This document shows positions 57,033 to 64,000 of a stretch of DNA of 64,000 nt, one piece after another. This DNA comes from a bacterium. Its GTDB lineage: Bacteria > Krumholzibacteriota > Krumholzibacteriia > G020349025. The notes under the pieces are model-generated. The model was not told the origin of the DNA. It did no database searches and saw nothing but the letters and a program-made list of their open reading frames with translations. Positions within the stretch are counted from its first letter, which is position 1. Each line of letters starts with the position of its first letter. The DNA lies in the NCBI GenBank assembly GCA_031362565.1, contig JANLSU010000081.1, positions 1 to 64,000 of the forward strand, given 5' to 3'. The translations under genes and the position numbers were made by a program.

Positions 57033-57686
57033 TTGGAGGAGCTGCGGGCGGTGCTTTTCGACATGGACGGAGTCCTGCTCGAAAGCGAAGAGGCCTGGTT
57101 TCGTCTCTTGAATGCCGCGGCGCGGCATTTTAGGAAAGCGGATATCGAACGGGATCGTTTCAAAGCGAGCTGGGGACAAGGAGTCGAGGCCGACGTGCGC
57201 GACTTCTTTCCGGGCTGTGCACTGGCCGAAGTCGAGAGGTTCTACGAGGACCATCTACTCGACTTCGGTGAACATGTGCGCGCCGACGCGACAGCGCGCG
57301 ACACCTTGATGAAATTGCGCGGCCCGAGCCTGCCGGGAGATCTGAGTGCGCCCCGCCGCGACGGCGTGCTGCGCGGCGTGATCACCAACACCCCGACGTT
57401 CCTGGCGCGCGACATGCTCGCGTGGACCGGGCTCATTGGTTTCATCGACGTCACCATCGGCCCCGGCAATGGTGTACGCTCGAAGCCGGATCCCGATATC
57501 GTGCTGCAGGCCTGCAAGCAGCTCGACGTCGAGCCGCGGCACGCTGTCGTCGTCGGCGATTCCATCTTCGACGAGAAGGCCGCCCAAGCAGCGCAAACGC
57601 AGTTCTTGGGATTCCGCATGGCAGCCAAGCAGTCGGTGCAGTCGCTGGCCGACGTCGTGCGCTGGGTGGAGCGATTGCGCTCCTGA
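57033..57686 (+). CDS. HAD family hydrolase (phosphoglycolate phosphatase-like)
   Basis: FDMDGVL, ITN, KPDP, VGDS..D. Confidence 0.88.
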   Translation: MEELRAVLFDMDGVLLESEEAWFRLLNAAARHFRKADIERDRFKASWGQGVEADVRDFFPGCALAEVERFYEDHLLDFGEHVRADATARDTLMKLRGPSLPGDLSAPRRDGVLRGVITNTPTFLARDMLAWTGLIGFIDVTIGPGNGVRSKPDPDIVLQACKQLDVEPRHAVVVGDSIFDEKAAQAAQTQFLGFRMAAKQSVQSLADVVRWVERLRS

Positions 57687-57695
57687 AAACGGATC

Positions 57696-59459
57696 ATGCG
57701 CCTCAAGTGGAAGCTGCGACTCTACTACGGGGCGCTCCTCGTAGTGCTCCTGGGACTCGTCGGCGCGGCCATCACCGGCCTCGTGCTGCGCGAGTTCGAG
57801 CACGAACGAGAGCGGTCTGAATCCGAGGCGGCGCACTTCGCGCGCCGGCTCGTCGAAGAACAGCGCGCGGCCATCGACTCCGCGGTGGCGCGCGCGGCGC
57901 ACGACCCCGAGTTGCTCAATCTCGCCCGCCGCGACCTGGCGCGATCGCGCGACGAAACGCTCGTCGAGTGGTTGCCGCATGCACCGCGCCTCGCCCAGCA
58001 ACACGGCCTGCCACTGCTCAAGATTCTCGATGCCGAAGGCCGCATCCTGTCGAATGCGCATTGGCCGGCGGCATACAACGTCACCGACACGCCGGGCTTG
58101 ATTCTGGCCTGCGAAGCCGCGACCGGTGCCCGCTTGGTGCATGAGCGGGACGCCAACGGCGAATTCTTGGCGCTCGAGGCGCCCTGCTGGCTAGCGCCGG
58201 GGCGGCGCTTTGTGGTCGTGGGCGGGGTGCGCGCCGATTCAGCGTTCGTGCACGATTTGGCGGCCCGCGCCGGGGTGCCGCTGACGCTCGCCATGCGCGA
58301 CAGTTCGGCACGCGAGGCCTTTCCCATGGCCCCGCCCCAGCCCGTCGTGCCAACGGGGCGGATCGCGCGCGGCCTCGATCTGCTGCGCGCGGCGGCGAGC
58401 GACATCCGCACCTCGCACTTGGAATGGGTGCCGATTCCCACCTCGCCGCTCGACGCCGAGGGCGGGGTGCGCTTGCGGCTCGACCGAACCGGCCTCTTCG
58501 ATTTGCAGCGCCGGCTGGTGCAGATCTTTGCCGCCGCGGCGATCTTGGGCGGGCTCGTGGCATGGCTGCTCGGTTGGTGGGTTTCGAGCCGCGTCACCGG
58601 GCCCCTCGAACGCTTGGCGGACGGCGTTGCGGTACTGGCCGAAGGGCGTACCCCGCCGCTCATTCGCGCCGAGGGTTCGGCCGAGGTGCGCGACCTCGTG
58701 GCCAGCTTCAACCGCATGGCGGAAAACCTCGCCGAGAGCCGCGAGCGGCTGCGGCGCGCCGAACGCATCGCGGCCTGGCGCGAGGTGGCCCGGCGCGTCG
58801 CGCACGAGATCAAGAACGCCCTGGCACCGATTCAAATCTCGGTCGAAAACGTCGCCCGCAGCCTGCACACCGGCAAGGGCGACTTGCGGGCCCTGGTGGA
58901 CGAGAGCGCCACGACGGTGCGCGGCGAGGTCGAGGCGCTGACGCGTTTGGTGAACGCCTTCAACGAAATGGCGCGGCTGCCCGATCCCGAGATGGCACCG
59001 TGCCGGCTCACCGAAACCTGGGAACGGGCCGCGGCACCGTTTCGGGACGTGCTGACGCTCTCGGCAGGCGGCCTCGAGGCCATGCCACGGCTTTTGTACG
59101 ACGATGACCAAGTGCGCCGCGCGCTGCACAATTTGCTTTTGAACGCCCAGGAGGCCGGCGCGGTCTGTGTCGTGCTGCGGGCCCAGGCGACGGCCCGCGG
59201 CTGGGATGTGACGCTTGCCGACGATGGGCCGGGCATTGCGCCGGACGACCAGGGGCGCATCTTCGAGCCCTATTTCACCCGGAAACCGGAAGGCACCGGG
59301 TTGGGGCTCGCGATCGTGTACAAGATTTGCACGGACCATGGCTGGGCCGTGACTGCGCGCTCGCCGGCGGGCGCCGGCGGAGTCGCCGGGGCGACCGCAC
59401 CCGGCACCGTTTTCGCCATCGCCATTCCGGCGCGGGCGGCGGCGGCGCCGGACGCGTGA
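57696..59459 (+). CDS. Sensor histidine kinase (NtrY-like, HAMP)
   Basis: 2 TM, HAMP, WREVARRVAHEIKN, DDGPG, YFTRK..GTGLGL. Confidence 0.9.
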   Translation: MRLKWKLRLYYGALLVVLLGLVGAAITGLVLREFEHERERSESEAAHFARRLVEEQRAAIDSAVARAAHDPELLNLARRDLARSRDETLVEWLPHAPRLAQQHGLPLLKILDAEGRILSNAHWPAAYNVTDTPGLILACEAATGARLVHERDANGEFLALEAPCWLAPGRRFVVVGGVRADSAFVHDLAARAGVPLTLAMRDSSAREAFPMAPPQPVVPTGRIARGLDLLRAAASDIRTSHLEWVPIPTSPLDAEGGVRLRLDRTGLFDLQRRLVQIFAAAAILGGLVAWLLGWWVSSRVTGPLERLADGVAVLAEGRTPPLIRAEGSAEVRDLVASFNRMAENLAESRERLRRAERIAAWREVARRVAHEIKNALAPIQISVENVARSLHTGKGDLRALVDESATTVRGEVEALTRLVNAFNEMARLPDPEMAPCRLTETWERAAAPFRDVLTLSAGGLEAMPRLLYDDDQVRRALHNLLLNAQEAGAVCVVLRAQATARGWDVTLADDGPGIAPDDQGRIFEPYFTRKPEGTGLGLAIVYKICTDHGWAVTARSPAGAGGVAGATAPGTVFAIAIPARAAAAPDA

Positions 59460-59481
59460 CGCATTTCGAGCTGGGAGCAAC

Positions 59482-60888
59482 ATGTCGGGCGAGATCCTGA
59501 TCATCGACGACGAGGCGAGCTTGCTGCGGTCGCTGCGCAGCATGCTCGAGATGGAAGGCTATGGAGTGCTCACGGCCTCGACCGCGGCCGAAGGCTTGGC
59601 GCAACTCGGCGAGTGCGATCTCGTGCTCTTGGATGTTCGGTTGCCGGACCGCAACGGTGTCGATGTGCTGGCGGAGATCCGCCGCAAGTGGGATGTACCG
59701 GTGCTCATGATGTCGGCGCACGCGACGATTGCCGATGCGGTCAAGGCCACCCAACTGGGCGCCCACGATTTCCTCGAGAAGCCGTTCACGACCGAACGCG
59801 TTCTGCTCGTGGTGCGCAATGCGTTGCATGTGCGCCGCCTGGAGACCGATCGCGCCGAACTCGAAGCCCGCGCCGGTGTCGCGTCGTTGCTGTTGGGTGA
59901 GAGTGTCATCATGCGGCGCGTGCGCGAACAGATCCGGTTGTGTGCGTCGACGAACGGCCGCGTCTTGGTGACCGGTGAGACCGGTACCGGCAAGGAAGTC
60001 GTGGCGCGCGCCATTCACGCCCAGAGTGAGCGCCGCAACGGTTCGTGGGTGGCGGTCAACTGCGCCGCGGTGCCGGGTGAGCTGATCGAAAGCGAGCTCT
60101 TTGGGCATGAAAAAGGCGCCTTTACGGGCGCCTTGCGGACGCGGCGTGGCAAGTTCGAACAGGCCGACGGCGGTACGCTGTTTCTGGATGAAATCGGTGA
60201 CATGCCGGCGCACATGCAGGCCAAGTTGTTGCGAGTGCTCGAAGAAGGCGAGATCGAGCGGGTCGGCGGCGACAAGCGGTTGCGCGTCGATGTGCGGGTG
60301 CTCTCGGCCACCAATCGGGATCTCAAAGCCGACATTGCGGCGGGCCGCTTTCGCGACGACCTGTTCCACCGGTTGAACGTCGTGCAGATCCACATTCCAC
60401 CGCTGCGGGACCGGCGCGAGGACGTGCCGCTTCTGGTGCGGCACTTCGTCGATACGTTGAGCAAGCTCGCGGGCCTGCGTGCCGTCGAACTGGATGCGGC
60501 GCTGTTGGCGCGCCTGCAACAACACGACTGGCCGGGAAACGTGCGCGAGGTGCGCAATACCGTCGAACGGCTGCTGATCTTCAGCCAAGGCCGGCCGCCC
60601 GGAATGGCGTTGCTCGAGGAATTGTTGGGCGGCGAACCGGTCGGGTTTCCGCATCTCTTGACGCCGGAAGATGCCGGCGAGGTGGGCGAAGCGGCGGCCA
60701 CCGACAGCGGATCCGATTCCCCCAACTTGCGGCAGGCGGTCGAGGGCTTCGAGCGCCAACACATCATGGCGCGGTTGCGCGCCCACGGCGGCCAAGTGGC
60801 GGCGACCGCCCGCGAACTGGGGCTCGAGCGCAGCCATCTGTACAAGAAGATGCGGGCGCTCGGCGTCGATCCGGATGCGGCGCGCTGA
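59482..60888 (+). CDS. Sigma54-dependent response regulator (NtrC/NtrX family)
   Basis: REC domain; GETGTGKE; GAFTGA; FLDEIG; WPGNVRE; Fis HTH. Confidence 0.94.
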   Translation: MSGEILIIDDEASLLRSLRSMLEMEGYGVLTASTAAEGLAQLGECDLVLLDVRLPDRNGVDVLAEIRRKWDVPVLMMSAHATIADAVKATQLGAHDFLEKPFTTERVLLVVRNALHVRRLETDRAELEARAGVASLLLGESVIMRRVREQIRLCASTNGRVLVTGETGTGKEVVARAIHAQSERRNGSWVAVNCAAVPGELIESELFGHEKGAFTGALRTRRGKFEQADGGTLFLDEIGDMPAHMQAKLLRVLEEGEIERVGGDKRLRVDVRVLSATNRDLKADIAAGRFRDDLFHRLNVVQIHIPPLRDRREDVPLLVRHFVDTLSKLAGLRAVELDAALLARLQQHDWPGNVREVRNTVERLLIFSQGRPPGMALLEELLGGEPVGFPHLLTPEDAGEVGEAAATDSGSDSPNLRQAVEGFERQHIMARLRAHGGQVAATARELGLERSHLYKKMRALGVDPDAAR

Positions 60889-61056
60889 GCGCGGCTGCGT
60901 GTCCGGCGATCCACGCCGGAGCGGCCACGTGTCCGGAAAGCCGCACCGCAGCGGTGCACGCGGTGCGGCATCCCGGCCCCGCCCTTGCCCGGGCTTCGAA
61001 AGTCAAATTCCCCATCGTCAATGACTTCACCCCCGCAGTACGCCGTTGCGTGGAAT

Positions 61057-61072
61057 CGGCACACGACGTGCG
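61057..61072 (+). promoter_or_regulatory. Putative sigma54 promoter (NtrC-like site at 60942-60958 upstream)
   Basis: CGGCACACGACGTGCG (GG-N10-GC); upstream CGCACC-N5-GGTGCA. Confidence 0.4.
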
Positions 61073-61082
61073 GAAGGCCGTG

Positions 61083-61487
61083 GGCATGCGGCCGGGGCCG
61101 CAGTGTTCCGAGGGTGGCTGGCAACACGGGGTTCGGATGGGAGTCGGAACATGAGGTGGTTCTGTCGCGCGCATGCGGCCGTCCGGCGGATGCTTCGCGG
61201 CGTCCCCGGCCGGGCGCTGCTGCGGCGCGCGCGCTCTTGGTGCGGCCAAGGTCCGATTGGCTGGTAGCGCGGGAATCGTTACTGGCAGTTCGCGCTCTTG
61301 TGACACCCGGCGTTCTGCCCTTGGTGCCACTTCGGATTGACGCCGCGCCTTCTGGCGTTCCCGGCTCACACAGCGATCGCGGCCAAGCCCGTGTGAGCTG
61401 GGAACGCACCTGTTCGGGCGCCCGACCGGGCCGTCGGCCGCCCCCAAGGGGCTCCGGAATCCTCCGATCCGGGGCCCTTTGCTTTTG
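61083..61487 (+). ncRNA. Candidate structured small RNA
   Basis: No convincing ORF; 17-bp stem at 61355-61407 and a terminator, with G.U pairs valid only on the + strand; sigma54-like promoter upstream. Confidence 0.35.
61446..61487 (+). terminator. Rho-independent terminator
   Basis: AAGGGGCTCCGGA-loop-TCCGGGGCCCTTT followed by GCTTTTG. Confidence 0.7.
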
Positions 61488-61493
61488 CCCCCG

Positions 61494-62549
61494 TTAGAGG
61501 CTCGCGTGACGGCGTGGCGCCGCCGCGCGCCGGGTCTCGATGGCCTCGACCACTGACTCGACGGAGATCTCTTCGAACCGGCACTGCTTGGGATCGCGTG
61601 GGCAGCGGCCGGGACAAGCTCCGGCCGCGGGCAGGACGATGCGGGCCTCGTTGCCTTGCGGGCCCCACAGCAGGGGCGAGCACGCTCCCGAAGGACAGAA
61701 AAGACTGATGGTGGGGACGCGCAGGGCGGCGGCGGCATGCATGGGACCGGTGGATGCCGAGACGAGTGCGCCGAGCTGCGACAAATCGGCCAACAGTGCA
61801 CGCAGCGGACGGCGGCCGCGCCGGTCGATGAGGTGCGCCGAGGCGGGATAGGCGGGGGTCGTTTCTTCACCGGTCAGCACGATGCGCAGGCCGGCCGGTT
61901 GTTGTTCGAGGACGTGAGTCGCGAGTTCGACGTAACGCTCCGGCTGCCAGTTGGGTGACGAACCGCCGGACGTCGAATGTAGGCCGAGCAGAAAATCCCC
62001 TGGCGCGGCGCCGGCGGATTGCAGTTCGGCCTGGGCGGTTGCACGCTCGGCGCTGGTCACGAAGAGTTCCGTTGCCAGAGTTTCGGGCGTTGCGTCGGCC
62101 TGCACGCCGATCTTGCGGCCGAGGTCGAGGCAGTAGTCCGCTTCGTGGCGCATCGGAATGTACTTGTGGCGGCTGACGCTCTGCATACCCGTCATGACTT
62201 CATAAATCTTGTGGCCGACACCGATGCGGCGCGGGATCCCGGCCCAAAACAACGCCCAGGCGGCGCGCTTCGTCGGCAAGAGCAAGAGCGCGGTGTCGAA
62301 ACGCTGGCGCTGCAGCTCCCAGACCAAGCGCATGAAACCCCGGCGGCCGGCGTGCGCACCTTGCGTGTCGTCGACGAGCACGGTGTCGAGATGCGGGTTG
62401 TGCAGCCAGAGATCGCGCCCATACGGACGCACGAGTGCCGCCAAGTGAGCGTTGGGAAACGTGCGGCGCAACGCCCGCACCAGGGGGGTCGCCAGAACGA
62501 CGTCACCCATGCGGTCGGTGCGAACGACGAGAATGCGGCGCTGGCGCAT
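61494..62549 (-). CDS. Glycosyltransferase family 9 (LPS heptosyltransferase-like)
   Basis: RTDRMGDVVLATP, STGPMHAAAA, WGP. Confidence 0.9.
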   Translation of the reverse strand: MRQRRILVVRTDRMGDVVLATPLVRALRRTFPNAHLAALVRPYGRDLWLHNPHLDTVLVDDTQGAHAGRRGFMRLVWELQRQRFDTALLLLPTKRAAWALFWAGIPRRIGVGHKIYEVMTGMQSVSRHKYIPMRHEADYCLDLGRKIGVQADATPETLATELFVTSAERATAQAELQSAGAAPGDFLLGLHSTSGGSSPNWQPERYVELATHVLEQQPAGLRIVLTGEETTPAYPASAHLIDRRGRRPLRALLADLSQLGALVSASTGPMHAAAALRVPTISLFCPSGACSPLLWGPQGNEARIVLPAAGACPGRCPRDPKQCRFEEISVESVVEAIETRRAAAPRRHASL

Positions 62550-62600
62550 GCGACGAGCCTCCCGCCGCGCTCGACGGGCGCGGCGGCCGGCAGCATAGCA

Positions 62601-63977
62601 TCACGAATGGGGGGCGACTTCGATGGCCGGCAGGGCGGCGTGATCGCGCCCGGCGAGGACAGGTGCAGATGCGGGTGCGCCGGTTGTGGGAAGCACGGGC
62701 GGCACGGCGTGCGCCTCTTGAGCGTGCAAACGCTGGTCATAGCGGCGTACGAACGGCGCATACAGGAGGTAGGCAATCGAGAAGTTGAGCGCCACCAGAA
62801 CGAGGGCCTTCGGATCACCGGTCGTGCCGAACGCCCCCAACGGCGTCGGCAGCGTCCACAGGATGTCGAGATGCGGCCGCGCCACGAGTTGAAAGTGGAA
62901 GGCCGCCCACGCGGTCACCGCGCAGAGCAAGGGCGCGATCACGAACGGCACCGCCAGGGTCGCATTCATGACCACCGGCACGCCGAACATGATCGGATCG
63001 TTGATATTGAAGAGTGCCGGCACGAGTCCCACCTTGGCAACGCCGCGCAACTGCGCCGAGCGGGCTCGCACCATGTGTGCCACCAAGGCGAGTGACGTGC
63101 CCGAGCCGCCCATCCACACGAACCAGATGTAGAACTCCCGCGGCGCGATGTTGGGAATGGCCTGGCCGGCAAGGGCTGCATCCATGTTCTGCGTCAGCAT
63201 CGCCAGCCACAGCGGCTTCATCACCGCCAGAATCGTGATGGCGTGGATGCCGAAGAGCCAAATGGTCGAATCGATGAGCACGACGAGCAGGATGCCGGGC
63301 AAGCTGTTGCCGACCGCCTGCAACGGCCGCGACAAGGTTGTGATCAGGGTGAAGATATCAAAGCCGAGTCCGTGCACCACGAACCACAGGCTCGCAATGC
63401 TGACGAAGGCCGGCACCAACGAGATGAAACTGCGCGACACGGAATCCGGCACCGTATCGGGCAGGCGCACCACCATGTTGCGCCGCACCACGAAGCCCTG
63501 TACGGCGACAACATAGAGCGCAATCAAGATACCGACGAAGAGCCCCGCCGGCCCGACGTTCTCGAGCGGCAAGGTCCACGCCGGAGCGCCGTCCGGTTTG
63601 AGAACGGCTTTGATTGGACCCACGACCGCCAGATGCGCCGTGACCGCGATGAGGCCAGCGGCCAGCGGATCGAGTTCGCGCCGTTTCGCCAGGTGGTACG
63701 CAATGGCAAAGGCCGCGTACACCGAGATCATGCCGGTGGTTGCCTTGAACACCAATACGAAGCGCGGGATCCAACCGGCCATCGCCACGGCGTAGGCCTT
63801 CTGCCACTCGACGCGGACGAGCGGTGGCTCGACCAGGAGATAGAAGAAGCTGCCGATGAGCACGAGCGGCAACACGGCGACGATGCCGTCGCGCATCGAC
63901 AAGAGCACGACGGATTGCCCGGTACGCTCACCGGCCTTGGTGAGAGCGTTGCGCAGAGTTCGAAGAATGCGCTGCAT
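62601..63977 (-). CDS. PTS sugar transporter EIIC, cellobiose/chitobiose family
   Basis: MRDG, RLPDTVP..V.RSF..LVP, WLFGIH, GGSG, FNINDPIMFGVPVVMN. Confidence 0.88.
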   Translation of the reverse strand: MQRILRTLRNALTKAGERTGQSVVLLSMRDGIVAVLPLVLIGSFFYLLVEPPLVRVEWQKAYAVAMAGWIPRFVLVFKATTGMISVYAAFAIAYHLAKRRELDPLAAGLIAVTAHLAVVGPIKAVLKPDGAPAWTLPLENVGPAGLFVGILIALYVVAVQGFVVRRNMVVRLPDTVPDSVSRSFISLVPAFVSIASLWFVVHGLGFDIFTLITTLSRPLQAVGNSLPGILLVVLIDSTIWLFGIHAITILAVMKPLWLAMLTQNMDAALAGQAIPNIAPREFYIWFVWMGGSGTSLALVAHMVRARSAQLRGVAKVGLVPALFNINDPIMFGVPVVMNATLAVPFVIAPLLCAVTAWAAFHFQLVARPHLDILWTLPTPLGAFGTTGDPKALVLVALNFSIAYLLYAPFVRRYDQRLHAQEAHAVPPVLPTTGAPASAPVLAGRDHAALPAIEVAPHS

Positions 63978-64000
63978 GACTCCACCCTAGGACGTGCGCG

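Noticed and set aside
60889..61490. RNase P RNA or tmRNA in the large intergenic gap
   Set aside because: No GAGGAAAGTCC P4 motif and no tRNA-like ends; 6S RNA cannot be fully excluded without a covariance search
60015..61870. Long minus-strand ORFs (464 aa and 368 aa) and the + strand 170-aa ORF
   Set aside because: Low-complexity Arg/Ala/Pro translations overlapping real genes, with no family motifs

Overview
A GC-rich, gene-dense bacterial chromosome segment of about 55 genes. I found no rRNA, tRNA, CRISPR array, transposase or integrase. FlgD-Ig C-terminal domains, an 'SWxxxKxxYR' tail and an LPS heptosyltransferase suggest a diderm FCB-superphylum organism such as Latescibacterota, Krumholzibacteriota or Eisenbacteria (inference only). 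From left to right it carries: an Oar-like TonB-dependent receptor/TPR/TonB/ExbB/ExbD/ExbD cluster; a GT-C-like glycosyltransferase, ThrE, PhzF, Hsp33 and msrA; a secreted BNR-repeat protein; an accessory block with a lipoprotein TPR-CHAT (caspase-like) protease divergent from an ECF sigma, a Zn-finger anti-sigma and two exported beta-propeller proteins; an orphan TonB paralog; an internally deleted CPBP protease pseudogene; a Ser/Thr kinase; a 13-heme cytochrome c/cytochrome b fusion; an argR-C-B-D-G-J-H-A operon with tandem ARG boxes plus a class V PLP enzyme; a molybdopterin oxidoreductase; transporters (SSS, AtoE); a second TPR-STAS-ExbB-ExbD-ExbD-TonB operon; an esterase, an amidohydrolase, YitJ and a HAD hydrolase; an NtrY/NtrX-like two-component system; GT9; and a PTS EIIC. 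The two best novelty candidates are the exported CHAT protease/anti-sigma/ECF module and a roughly 600-bp structured gap after the two-component system that looks like a sigma54-driven sRNA. All calls come from reading motifs by eye; no database searches were run.
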